Positions 1 to 9,100 of a DNA stretch of 64,000 bases are shown piece by piece. Position numbers and translations under genes: made by a program. Within the stretch, counting starts at the first letter, position 1. Each line of letters opens with the position of its first letter. Under the pieces are notes generated by a model. That model was not told the DNA's origin. It was given only the letters and a program-made list of their open reading frames with translations, and ran no database searches. Source of the stretch: an uncultured Muribaculaceae bacterium (GTDB taxonomy: Bacteria; Bacillota_I; Bacilli_A; RF39; UBA660); the NCBI GenBank assembly GCA_964630365.1, contig CAZVUP010000005.1, forward strand, positions 1,877-65,876. The letters run 5' to 3'.

Positions 1-208
1 AATTATAATAATCATCTTCACTTTTTAAAAGTAAATAATCTTGTCTGTATTCATTACTTATAGTCATATTTTCTAAATAAATGAAGTCCTCTTTGCCATT
101 TAGTTTATTATTTAGAATTGTTGTTAATAATAAGATTATTATTGCTAATACAACTATTATTATGAAGACTATTTCTAATATTTTTTCTGATTCAAAATTT
201 TTTTTCAT
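1..208 (-). CDS. Hypothetical membrane-anchored protein, N-terminal part; gene runs off the left edge
   Basis: Minus-strand ATG at 208 is preceded by a GGTGAT RBS. It reads MKKNFESEKILEIVFIIIVVLAIIILLLTT... (one TM helix) with no stop before position 1. Its 5' end resembles that of ORF 18509..19078. Confidence 0.45.
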   Translation of the reverse strand, partial: MKKNFESEKILEIVFIIIVVLAIIILLLTTILNNKLNGKEDFIYLENMTISNEYRQDYLLLKSEDDYYN

Positions 209-265
209 TCTATCACCTATTATAATCATATCATGTTTTAAAAAAAAGAAAAAGGCATTTTGCCT

Positions 266-412
266 TTATCGATTATGATTGCAATTTCCATTATTATTTC
301 CAAATCCCCAGAATAGGAAGAAGATAATAATTATTATTATAAAGATTGCCCACCAACTTCCAAAACCATCATTGTTTTGATTTTGATAGACTGGATAACC
401 ATATGTATACAT
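266..412 (-). CDS. Small (48 aa) membrane protein, unknown function
   Basis: Hand-translated: MYTYGYPVYQNQNNDGFGSWWAIFIIIIIIFFLFWGFGNNNGNCNHNR. GGAGA RBS lies 6 nt upstream of the ATG at 412. The stop overlaps hairpin AAAGGCA/TGCCTTT (251-267), which is followed by a T-run on the minus strand. Confidence 0.5.
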   Translation of the reverse strand: MYTYGYPVYQNQNNDGFGSWWAIFIIIIIIFFLFWGFGNNNGNCNHNR

Positions 413-471
413 AAACATTCTCCTTTCTATATATTATATTAAGAATGTCTATGATTGCTAATAATTGTTAC

Positions 472-2217
472 CTATTCTACTGTTACACTTTTAGCTAAGT
501 TTTTTGGTTTATCGATATCACAGCCACGTTTATAGGCTACATAGTAAGCTATCATTTGAAGAGCTGGTACAACTAATAGTGGTTGTAATTTTTTATGTAC
601 TTTAGGAATTATTATTTTATTAGGATAATTATTATTGAAAGTACCTACGTAGATTGGATTTGCCCCACGAGAGATAACTTCTTCTAAATTAGAAATAGTT
701 TTATCTTGAGTCTCTTCATCTGTAACTATAGCAAAAACTATCGTTCCATCCTGAACTAAAGAAATTGTTCCATGTTTTAATTCCCCTGCTTGATATGCAT
801 CACTATGAATATAGGAAATTTCTTTTAGTTTAAGGCTTCCTTCCATACTAATAGCATAATCTATTCTACGACCAATAAAGAAAACATCTTCATGTTTGTA
901 TATTTGATCAGCTATTTTTTTATAGAAGCCTGTTTTATCTAGTTGAACTTTCAATTGCTGAGGAATATTCTTTATATCTTTTAAGTATTGATCATCTTTA
1001 TTTATTTTATATGAAAGAAGGCTAAATACTAAAACTTGTAAAATATATGCTTTTGTTGTTGCTACTGCAACTTCTTTCCCAGCCTCTATCAAAACTTTAT
1101 ATGTGCACTCTCTAGCAATAGTTGAACCATCTGTATTAACGATTGCTAATGTATCAGCATTATTATCATTTGCTTTACGCATAGCTGCTATAGTATCTGC
1201 TGTTTCTCCAGATTGAGAAATTAGTATTACTAGCGTATTATCTTCATAAATTATATTACGATAACGATACTCTGAAGCGACATCTGCATCTACTTTTATA
1301 CCATCGTCTTCTAGTAAATATTTACCAACCATGCCTGCATAATAGGCTGATCCACAGCCGACTATGTGAATATGCCTATACTTTGAAAGATCTGGAAGTA
1401 GATCTAAATTATTAATATATTTATTGATTAAATTTTCCACAAGAATCGGTTCTTCCATTATTTCTTTCATCATATAATGTTCATAACCTCTAAGAGAAAT
1501 ATCTTCTGTTTTTAAATCACTAGTTTGAACTTCTCTTTTAATCTCTTTCCCATCTTTGATTATTTTATAACCTGAGTTATCAATTACTACAATTTCATTT
1601 TTTCCAAGCAGGCTATAATTTTTTGTATAATTTAGAATTGCTCCTATATCACTTGTTATAAAATATTCATCATTTCCAACACCTATTATTAATGGCGATT
1701 CACATCTAACGGCATATAGTTTATTATCATCGTCACATAGAATACCAAAGGCATAACTTCCTTGAAGTACTTTGATTGCCTTGTCTATAGCCTCAACCAT
1801 ATCACCATGATAATATTTATCAATAACTGCTGCAGCAACTTCTGTATCTGTAGAACTTGCAAATGTTACTCCTTCTTTTATTAATTCATTTCTTAGGATA
1901 GCAGCATTTTCTATGATTCCATTATGAACTAATGTTATCTTACCAACTTTATGGGGATGAGCATTTGTTTCATTTGGTTCACCATGTGTTGCCCATCTTG
2001 TATGTGCAATACCAACATTACACTCAATTAAATTTTCTTTGTTAATTTTTTCTTCAAGATTAGCAATTTTTCCTACACTTTTAATTATTTGAAGGTTTTC
2101 ATTATTTTTTAATGCCATTCCAGCAGAATCATATCCACGATATTCTAAATTTTTCAATCCATTTAATAATATTTCTTGAGGCTGCTTTTTTCCTAAATAT
2201 CCGATTATTCCGCACAT
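472..2217 (-). CDS. glmS: Glutamine--fructose-6-phosphate aminotransferase (isomerizing)
   Basis: N-terminal MCGIIGY (Ntn amidotransferase Cys2), two SIS domains, C-terminal ...AKSVTVE; 581 aa, a typical GlmS length. Confidence 0.95.
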   Translation of the reverse strand: MCGIIGYLGKKQPQEILLNGLKNLEYRGYDSAGMALKNNENLQIIKSVGKIANLEEKINKENLIECNVGIAHTRWATHGEPNETNAHPHKVGKITLVHNGIIENAAILRNELIKEGVTFASSTDTEVAAAVIDKYYHGDMVEAIDKAIKVLQGSYAFGILCDDDNKLYAVRCESPLIIGVGNDEYFITSDIGAILNYTKNYSLLGKNEIVVIDNSGYKIIKDGKEIKREVQTSDLKTEDISLRGYEHYMMKEIMEEPILVENLINKYINNLDLLPDLSKYRHIHIVGCGSAYYAGMVGKYLLEDDGIKVDADVASEYRYRNIIYEDNTLVILISQSGETADTIAAMRKANDNNADTLAIVNTDGSTIARECTYKVLIEAGKEVAVATTKAYILQVLVFSLLSYKINKDDQYLKDIKNIPQQLKVQLDKTGFYKKIADQIYKHEDVFFIGRRIDYAISMEGSLKLKEISYIHSDAYQAGELKHGTISLVQDGTIVFAIVTDEETQDKTISNLEEVISRGANPIYVGTFNNNYPNKIIIPKVHKKLQPLLVVPALQMIAYYVAYKRGCDIDKPKNLAKSVTVE

Positions 2218-2243
2218 TTTTATTTCTCCTTTATATACTATTT

Positions 2244-3497
2244 CTAACGAGTTATTTCATCTTTCTTAAAATAGAAGTTCTTTTTTGGACTTTTATTTTT
2301 TTTCATTTCAATTAATCTATCTTCTTGGATAGAATCATTGTAAATATTTGTATATGTATATTTTATATTTTGTTTTTCAGTTAGGATTTGTTTTTCTTCA
2401 TCTGTTAATGTATTCTGAACCTCTTTTTCCTGATATTCATTTATATTTTCTGTACTATTTTTATAAACAAGGTAGCCATCTTTTGCCTGATAATGCAAAT
2501 AAAAATCAATGTCCGTTTTTAAATATACATTGTATACAGAGTTTTCACCTATCTCCACTTTACATGTTGCATCAGCAATTGAACCAAAATTCTCATTCTT
2601 CTTTAAGTCCATATTTGCAAGTTTTATTAATTTAATACAAGTGGCTTTATTCTCACTATTCTCACTCCAAAACTTTGAATGCTGACTTCTGCTTACTCTG
2701 ATATTGAATAAAACAATTAATAAAAATATCAAAAACGCTAGGTATATTATTAAAGCAGCGACAAAATTAACTCCACCCTTTTTAGCACAAATATTAATTA
2801 TTTTAAAACGATCAGTATCATCTGCTTTATTTTTTATATGTTTTACTCTTTTTCTAGCAATAAAAATATAATATTTATTAAAGAAAATTCCCCAAAATAG
2901 CATTGATATAAATGCATATATCACAGTTATTATTAGTGATTTAAAGCAAACTATAATTAAGCCTGTTAAAAACAAACCAAAAGCACCTGTAAAATATATT
3001 TTCCTATAGAGAAGATAAATCCAACTAAATATGAATGCATAAATATTAAATGGTGTCTTTTTAACTATTTTATAATCTTCTCCAATATAAGCTTCTAAAA
3101 TATCTTCATCTTCATAATAAAATTCTTTTTCTTTTGATGATATTTTTTCTTTTTTTGGTTTTTCCTTTTTTTTCTCTTTTTTTTCTTTTTTTGCAATTTC
3201 ATCTTCATCAACAATATCAATTATATCATCATTTGTTTTTATTAATTCATCTAAATCAACATCTGTTTCAATCACTTCATCTTCGTCATCAGCTACATCT
3301 TGAAAATTATCTTCTTCTTTTTCATCTTCATCATCTAATAATATATCATCAATAGTTTTTAAGTCTTTTTCATTTTTTGAGCTTACAGTTTCCCAACTGC
3401 TATCATCTAAATCTGTATCTGGTTCATTGAAAAAACCACATACTGTACAGAATGTTTCATTTTGTTTTAATTTTTTTCCACATTTTTGGCAACGCAT
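2244..3497 (-). CDS. Zinc-ribbon membrane protein with acidic/lysine-rich linker, unknown function
   Basis: N-terminal CxxC...CxxC (MRCQKCGKK...FCTVCGFF), a long D/E- and K-rich low-complexity segment, about 4 predicted TM helices, and a C-terminal soluble domain. Confidence 0.6.
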   Translation of the reverse strand: MRCQKCGKKLKQNETFCTVCGFFNEPDTDLDDSSWETVSSKNEKDLKTIDDILLDDEDEKEEDNFQDVADDEDEVIETDVDLDELIKTNDDIIDIVDEDEIAKKEKKEKKKEKPKKEKISSKEKEFYYEDEDILEAYIGEDYKIVKKTPFNIYAFIFSWIYLLYRKIYFTGAFGLFLTGLIIVCFKSLIITVIYAFISMLFWGIFFNKYYIFIARKRVKHIKNKADDTDRFKIINICAKKGGVNFVAALIIYLAFLIFLLIVLFNIRVSRSQHSKFWSENSENKATCIKLIKLANMDLKKNENFGSIADATCKVEIGENSVYNVYLKTDIDFYLHYQAKDGYLVYKNSTENINEYQEKEVQNTLTDEEKQILTEKQNIKYTYTNIYNDSIQEDRLIEMKKNKSPKKNFYFKKDEITR

Positions 3498-3508
3498 TTT
3501 ATCACCCC

Positions 3509-4483
3509 TTATTCTTCACTTAAATGTTCATACTCTACAGGTTCTCCAACGCATTCTTTTATTTGATCATTAAACATTTTATCAAACTGAGGCATAGATT
3601 TAGTAATAACATCTTGATAAATGTTTTTACTAGTTACTATTGCCTGTCTTATATCCATAATATTTACTTCTTTTCTATTATCAAATAAGGCATTTGAAAA
3701 TGCTTGTTGTATTATTGTAAGGGATACATCTGGGTATCGAGAACCAATTTCATAAATTCTTTTGTACTCACTAGTTATGTCAGTTATAAATTCCATAATT
3801 CGTCTTTTTATGAAAGATGTATATAACATTTTAGCACCTGTTCTATATTCTATTTTAGGGAGTGTTCCTAATAGTATTTCAATATTTTCTTCTCTAGTTG
3901 GCTCGAATATTTCAACTTTTTGAAATCTACGAACAAATGCTTTGTCTCTAAGTATATAACGTTCATATTCTTCAGTGGTTGTTGCTCCGATTACTTTTAT
4001 ATCACCTCTGTCTAAAGCTGGTTTAAACATATTAGCAAAGTCAAGAGCTTCTCCCTTGGTTCCCATTAAAGTATGAATTTCATCTATAAATAAAATAAGC
4101 TTAGATTTATCTTTTAATTCATCAATTAATGTTTGGACTTTTGATTCGCCAGTTATTGGATCTGTACCTAGAAGTGCCGCTGTATTTAATTTTATAACTT
4201 GATAATCTTTTAAAATATCAGGTACTAGTCCCTTTTGAATACGATAAGCTAATCCTTCTACAGTCGCGGTTTTACCAACACCAGGTTTTCCTATTAAAAC
4301 TGCAGATTTATCTGGTGTTAAAAGAATTAGTATTAATTCTTTTATTTGCTTATCTCTTCCTATGGCTGGATTAGTTATATATTCGTTTTTTTGAAAATTT
4401 TCCCCATAGTTTTTAAGCATACTAATTCTTTTAGATTTTATATCAAAATTATTATTTACTTTATTATTAAATTCCTCATTCAT
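3509..4483 (-). CDS. AAA+ ATPase homologous to ClpA/ClpB/ClpC nucleotide-binding domain 1 only
   Basis: GRDKQIKELI..., Walker A LIGKPGVGKTATVEGLAYRI, Walker B LILFIDEIHTL, and GATTTEEYERYILRDKAFVRRFQKVEI are collinear with ClpB NBD1. The ORF ends after NBD1 (324 aa), with no NBD2 or N-domain. Confidence 0.8.
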   Translation of the reverse strand: MNEEFNNKVNNNFDIKSKRISMLKNYGENFQKNEYITNPAIGRDKQIKELILILLTPDKSAVLIGKPGVGKTATVEGLAYRIQKGLVPDILKDYQVIKLNTAALLGTDPITGESKVQTLIDELKDKSKLILFIDEIHTLMGTKGEALDFANMFKPALDRGDIKVIGATTTEEYERYILRDKAFVRRFQKVEIFEPTREENIEILLGTLPKIEYRTGAKMLYTSFIKRRIMEFITDITSEYKRIYEIGSRYPDVSLTIIQQAFSNALFDNRKEVNIMDIRQAIVTSKNIYQDVITKSMPQFDKMFNDQIKECVGEPVEYEHLSEE

Positions 4484-4619
4484 TTTATCACGTCCTAATC
4501 TATCAATAATTATACCATATTTTTTTATTTACTCATACTATATTTGGTATATTCACTTGACTATCTGTATAGAAAAAACTCTTTTAAATATTATTTTATA
4601 ATTCTAGTATATTTTTTTA

Positions 4620-5480
4620 TTACATTGGATTAACATGGATTACAGTTAAGTATATTTCTTCTATTTCTTTTTCTATTTCCCGCTCTAATTTATTTGCTAT
4701 TTCGTGGGAAGCAAAAGTAGTTAAATTACCATCAACAAATATTGTGAAAGATATTTGATATTTGTAACCTACTGGTGTGGCATTAAAATGATTAACTTTT
4801 TTAATTTCTTTATGTTTTTCGATTAACTTATAAACTTTATTTTTTGTTTTCTCATCCATACATTTGTCCATTAAAACATCATAGCTTTCGATAAAAATTT
4901 TAATAGCAGCATAAGCTATCCAAATAGAAATTATGATTCCAACTATAATATCAATTATATAATATCCATATAATCCAAGTATAGCAGACACTAGTGTAAG
5001 TGAAGTTAATAAACAATCATTTCTGTGATCCTTACTATTTGCTAGTAATAGAATACTATTATTATTCTTAGCTAACTTTGATGTATATAAATATAAAGAT
5101 AATTTAGTTATTATTGTAATTAATGAGACTACTACTAAATAAATGGAAAAGTTTATTTTATCATGATGAATATATGTTAAAATGCTGTTTTTTATAACAC
5201 TATAAGCTGTGAAAAGCATTACTATACTTATTAATAATGAATATATATATTCTGCTTTGCCATGGCCTAAATTGTGATCATCATCCGCTTCTTTAGAACT
5301 AATCTTATTGCCAATCATGGTCATTAGTGATGATAAGACATCTCCAAAGCTATTAAAAGCATCAGCAAGCATAGCTTGACTATTACTAATAATCGCAATT
5401 ATTCCTTTTATGACTAATAAAAACAAATTAAATATTATTCCCAAAAGACTTGCTTTATTAGTTGCTTTATATCTATTCAT
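4620..5480 (-). CDS. Cation diffusion facilitator (CDF) family metal efflux transporter
   Basis: Motifs SQAMLADAFNSFGDV and DDDHNLGHGKAEY, six TM helices, and a C-terminal cytoplasmic domain; typical CDF layout. Confidence 0.85.
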   Translation of the reverse strand: MNRYKATNKASLLGIIFNLFLLVIKGIIAIISNSQAMLADAFNSFGDVLSSLMTMIGNKISSKEADDDHNLGHGKAEYIYSLLISIVMLFTAYSVIKNSILTYIHHDKINFSIYLVVVSLITIITKLSLYLYTSKLAKNNNSILLLANSKDHRNDCLLTSLTLVSAILGLYGYYIIDIIVGIIISIWIAYAAIKIFIESYDVLMDKCMDEKTKNKVYKLIEKHKEIKKVNHFNATPVGYKYQISFTIFVDGNLTTFASHEIANKLEREIEKEIEEIYLTVIHVNPM

Positions 5481-5489
5481 AATCCACCT

Positions 5490-6608
5490 CTATAGTTTAT
5501 CAACTTTATCAATAAAAGAATTTAAGGCATGATACCAATCATATATTTTTTGCTTTTTTGTTGAATACGCTGCTATTTCTTCAAAAGTAGCATCATTTTT
5601 ATTTTCTTTATACCTCTTAATACATCTTTGATAGCAAGTATTAATACAGGTCCTGATAATTATAATATCTCCTTTTAATAATTTAGTATTTTTCATATTA
5701 CGAAACTGAGCACTATCAATTATTAACATTTTATTCTTATCTTTATAATAATTTATTATTTCCTCATATAACTCATCAAAGTTGTAACAGATATTAGGTA
5801 ATTCATGGTGTTTTTTTATTAAATAGTCATATAATTCTTGATTATTTTTATCTTTTTCCATATTTCCGAAAACTTGATCTGTATCAATTACTATACAATC
5901 TGGATTATCTTTATATTTTTGAGCTAATGTGGATTTACCACTACCACTTTCACCTGTTATATTTAAAACATTATCATCACTTAAATGTTTAATATAAGGA
6001 TCTTTATCAATGTCTTCTGTAATATATAATTCTTCTTTACGAAAATATTCCTTTAGAAAGTTTTCTTTAGTTAAACGATATTTTATTCCTTCTACTTCAT
6101 TTTCAATAAATGTATATTTCAATTTTTTTGTACCTAGTTTTTTAAAACCTAGTTTTTCTATTAGTTGCCAGCTTGGTTTATTATCTTTAGCAATTGCTGT
6201 TTCAATATATTTTATTTTTACTTCAGTAAACATATACTTTAATATTTCTAGAGCTGCTTCGTAGCAATATCCTTTTCTTTGAAAGTTTGGACTAATAAAC
6301 CAACCAATATCTCTAATTGCTAAATCATTACTTTCATCGTTTTCTTGGATACTAATTTGACCTATAACTTCATGCGTATTTTTTAATTCAATTGTCCATC
6401 TAAAAACATCTTGGTTAGTTGCTTCTTCAAGCTTTCTATATTGCCATTTTTTCTCATCTTCCCAAGAAAAGTTTATTTTTGTAGTTAAATAGTATTTATT
6501 AACTTCACTAAGACATAGTATTTTCCAGAGTGGTTTTAAATCTTTTTCTTCGGTTTTATGTAAAATTAATCTCTTTGTTTCTAGTGTTTTACTACCTAAA
6601 AAATTCAT
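5490..6608 (-). CDS. Fusion protein: RimJ/RimL-like GNAT acetyltransferase (N-terminal) plus P-loop kinase-like domain (C-terminal)
   Basis: N-terminus LETKRLILHKTEEKDL...RKGYCYEAA...LGF is GNAT-like. The C-terminal half has Walker A ITGESGSGKSTLAQKY followed by IVIDTD, resembling small NMP/zeta-type kinases. Confidence 0.6.
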   Translation of the reverse strand: MNFLGSKTLETKRLILHKTEEKDLKPLWKILCLSEVNKYYLTTKINFSWEDEKKWQYRKLEEATNQDVFRWTIELKNTHEVIGQISIQENDESNDLAIRDIGWFISPNFQRKGYCYEAALEILKYMFTEVKIKYIETAIAKDNKPSWQLIEKLGFKKLGTKKLKYTFIENEVEGIKYRLTKENFLKEYFRKEELYITEDIDKDPYIKHLSDDNVLNITGESGSGKSTLAQKYKDNPDCIVIDTDQVFGNMEKDKNNQELYDYLIKKHHELPNICYNFDELYEEIINYYKDKNKMLIIDSAQFRNMKNTKLLKGDIIIIRTCINTCYQRCIKRYKENKNDATFEEIAAYSTKKQKIYDWYHALNSFIDKVDKL

Positions 6609-7444
6609 TTTTTTGCAACTCCTCTATTATAAATAAAATATCTCTCTATCATTTGCCTGTTGACAGCAAATTTTTGTAATCTGTCTGTAACAATTTCTTC
6701 TGGTATTTCTACACCTTCTGCTTTTAGCTCGGCAAAAATTTGTTTGAGACTTTTTTCACTTATTACTGGTAACATTTCTATTAAACGTTCTGTATATATT
6801 GTGTCACTTAATTTTAAAAATTTATAAACTAAATTTTCTTGTGGATCTAAATTATAACCAAATGAGTCGCCTTTTTCTATACCCAAACAGTATTCCCCAT
6901 CAGTTATTGCTTCATAATCTAACATGCTCTCATTATCGAATAACGGGGCAAATCTTACTCCTTTATCATCAACAATTATTCCTATATTTTCATTATGACG
7001 ATCAATATTTCCAATTATAATATCGAATAGAAAGATATTTACTAATTCATCCATTAATTTTGCTGTTGTATCCTCATCAAACATCATGTCAAAGGCATAC
7101 CAAATATCTTCTAAATTGTTTTCATTATCATAGCTTTTAGAAGAGTCACTATAATATTTTCCTAATATATCAATCATTGGTATATAGTGTTTAGTATCAA
7201 ATTTTTTAGTAACAACGCCATGTGTTTTTTTATAATTTGCAGGATAATATTTGCAACAAGATACTCCTAATCTCTCAGCAATTTTTTGAGCAATTAATTC
7301 ATTATAAGCGTATTCAAAACCTTTATCAGCTTTATAATAGTAGCTATTTCCTTGATAAGTAAAAGATAAAGCTGACAATCTGTGTTCCTTTATATTAGTA
7401 ATTTCATTTTTCATTTCATTTAAATTAAAATACACTTTATGCAC
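6605..7444 (-). CDS. HipA_C / PI3-4-kinase-like protein kinase paralog 1
   Basis: Catalytic-loop-like FLFDIIIGNIDRHNENIGIIV followed by FAPLFDNE (Mg-binding Asp position in HipA). About 270 aa, so no HipA N-terminal domains. 4-nt overlap with the downstream GNAT fusion. Confidence 0.6.
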   Translation of the reverse strand: MHKVYFNLNEMKNEITNIKEHRLSALSFTYQGNSYYYKADKGFEYAYNELIAQKIAERLGVSCCKYYPANYKKTHGVVTKKFDTKHYIPMIDILGKYYSDSSKSYDNENNLEDIWYAFDMMFDEDTTAKLMDELVNIFLFDIIIGNIDRHNENIGIIVDDKGVRFAPLFDNESMLDYEAITDGEYCLGIEKGDSFGYNLDPQENLVYKFLKLSDTIYTERLIEMLPVISEKSLKQIFAELKAEGVEIPEEIVTDRLQKFAVNRQMIERYFIYNRGVAKK

Positions 7445-8230
7445 CTACTTACTATGATTAATTATTTTTTCAGGCATACTCATGGCAATCATTTCTCTGT
7501 TATATGAAAACTTATCTAAAATAGTATTTTTTATGTTTTCTGGAATTACTACTCCCTCTGTTTCCAATTCATAAAAAATATCTTCTAATGATTGTACATT
7601 TATTATAGGTAACATTGCTTGAAGACGTGCTGTATACGAAGAATCACTTTCATTCAAAAATTTATAAACTGTATTTTCTTTATCTTCTTTACTTACGCTT
7701 AAATGATAAGTTCCTTCATAAATTGATTCATTATGGAGCATACCATCATGATCAAATAGAGGTGCAAATTTCACTTTGCCATTTGATACAATTAATCCAT
7801 AGTTTTCATTATGGCGGTCCCCATTGCCAATTAAAATATCAAAAAGAAATATATTTACTAACTCATCCATTAGTTTTTTAGTAGTTTTTTCATCAAATGT
7901 TTTAGAAAAAGCATACCAGATATCTTCTAAATTATTTAGTTTATTATTATCAGTTCTATAAACTGAATACAAAATGTCTGAAATTGTAATGTAGTTTGTC
8001 ACATCAATAGCCTCTGAAGAAATTCCAATGGAACCATTATTTGTAGTCAAATAGCAATTTGCAGATGGCAATCCTAATTTTTCGGCAATTTTATGGGCAA
8101 TTAACTCATAATATGTTCTTAATTCATCTAATTGTTTATAATAGTATTCTTTCCCATCATATTCAAATACTTTTTTATTTAGACTGTTTACTTTATAATT
8201 AACTTTCATTTTATTTAAATCAAAAACCAT
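7445..8230 (-). CDS. HipA_C / PI3-4-kinase-like protein kinase paralog 2
   Basis: NNLEDIWYAF...LMDELVNIFLFDILIGNGDRHNENYGLIV...FAPLFDHD. This block is nearly identical to paralog 1, and the gene abuts paralog 1 with no gap. Confidence 0.6.
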   Translation of the reverse strand: MVFDLNKMKVNYKVNSLNKKVFEYDGKEYYYKQLDELRTYYELIAHKIAEKLGLPSANCYLTTNNGSIGISSEAIDVTNYITISDILYSVYRTDNNKLNNLEDIWYAFSKTFDEKTTKKLMDELVNIFLFDILIGNGDRHNENYGLIVSNGKVKFAPLFDHDGMLHNESIYEGTYHLSVSKEDKENTVYKFLNESDSSYTARLQAMLPIINVQSLEDIFYELETEGVVIPENIKNTILDKFSYNREMIAMSMPEKIINHSK

Positions 8231-8281
8231 AGTTACACCCTCTTTATTAGTATATCATAATTGTAAAATACAAAAACATAC

Positions 8282-9100
8282 CTATTTCGCTTTTTGGTAT
8301 GTTTTTGGTTTTTCTGTAAAATAATTTTCAATCATTTCTCTGTTAATAGCAAATTTTTTTAAAAGTTTTAATCTTATATCGATTGGAATTGTTATTCCTT
8401 CTCTTTCTAATTCAAAAAAGATTTTTTGAAGATTTTTTTTAGAGATTAATGGTAATAATTTTAATAGTCTTTCATGATAAGTTTTATCTGAAATATCTAA
8501 AAAATAGTATAACATATTTTGTCTTTCACTAATTTTATCAAATCTTAAATCATAGTAACCATCTTTAATTGTTTTATCATAAGTCATAAATTCATTATCA
8601 ATTAAAGGGGCAAATTGAGTACTATCTTCTTCTATTATTAAACCATAATTTTCTAAGTTTCGGTCTGGATTACCAATTATTGCATCAAAGAGAAAAATAT
8701 CAACTAATTTATCCATTAATCTGGCTGTTGTGGCCTCATCAAATTCACTATCTAATGCTTCCCAAATATTTTCAAATGTATTACGAATTTTTCTATGCCT
8801 AGTACGATGATTATCTAAAAAAGCTTGCATACTTTGATAATGCTCTAATTGAATTTCTTCTGATATTATACCATCTCGACCAGCAAAGCAACCTAAGTAA
8901 TAATGAGCACATGGTATTCCGGCTTGTTTAGCTATTTTTTCTGCTATAACCTCATTGTAATAGTATTCATATGTAATCATTTCTTTATAGTAGTATTTTT
9001 GACCATTGTAGGTAAATACTAATTGTCTTCTATAATATTCTTTTTTACTTTTTATTATTTCAATTGGTAGTTCATCAAGATTAAAATACATGTTGATCAC
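8282..9100 (-). CDS. HipA_C / PI3-4-kinase-like protein kinase paralog 3
   Basis: FLFDAIIGNPDRNLENYGLII...FAPLIDNE. The His of the DRH motif is replaced (DRN), so it may be a catalytically altered paralog. Confidence 0.55.
   Translation of the reverse strand: MINMYFNLDELPIEIIKSKKEYYRRQLVFTYNGQKYYYKEMITYEYYYNEVIAEKIAKQAGIPCAHYYLGCFAGRDGIISEEIQLEHYQSMQAFLDNHRTRHRKIRNTFENIWEALDSEFDEATTARLMDKLVDIFLFDAIIGNPDRNLENYGLIIEEDSTQFAPLIDNEFMTYDKTIKDGYYDLRFDKISERQNMLYYFLDISDKTYHERLLKLLPLISKKNLQKIFFELEREGITIPIDIRLKLLKKFAINREMIENYFTEKPKTYQKAK

Noticed and set aside
190-230. A ~30-nt near-identical sequence (ATAATAGGTGATA[G/A]AATGAAAAAAAATT) occurs at 190-230 and 19060-19100. It also shows up as a shared FFFILSPIIII string in two spurious plus-strand ORFs.
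   Set aside because: In both places it is the RBS and first codons (MKKN...) of similar membrane-anchored proteins. This is best explained as paralogous gene starts rather than a mobile repeat or regulatory element.
81-278. Plus-strand ORF 81..278, and many similar 60-107-aa ORFs antisense to long genes. Examples: 2112..2315, 2348..2635, 3134..3355, 6010..6264, 6799..7020, 7615..7881, 9950..10165, 12721..12909, 16828..17022, 18936..19136, 22536..22781, 26488..26673, 27274..27459, 30588..30788, 31467..31670, 33118..33333, 33503..33700, 35521..35709, 35672..35878, 36219..36443, 36932..37114, 37192..37389, 37597..37869, 38243..38512, 39471..39653, 41469..41651, 43326..43529, 43340..43534, 52897..53220, 53729..53968, 58314..58538, 59635..59877, 60028..60228, 60482..60772.
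   Set aside because: They lie inside or antisense to much longer ORFs with clear homology-type motifs. They have low-complexity F/L/I/S-rich translations typical of the antisense frame of AT-rich genes, and they lack RBSs. They are treated as non-coding.
2218-2450. Looked for a glmS ribozyme upstream of glmS, as is common in Firmicutes.
   Set aside because: Only 26 nt separate glmS from the upstream ORF. The preceding ~200 nt are AT-rich coding sequence without the GC-rich conserved ribozyme core, so no ribozyme is called. The absence should still be confirmed with an Rfam scan.
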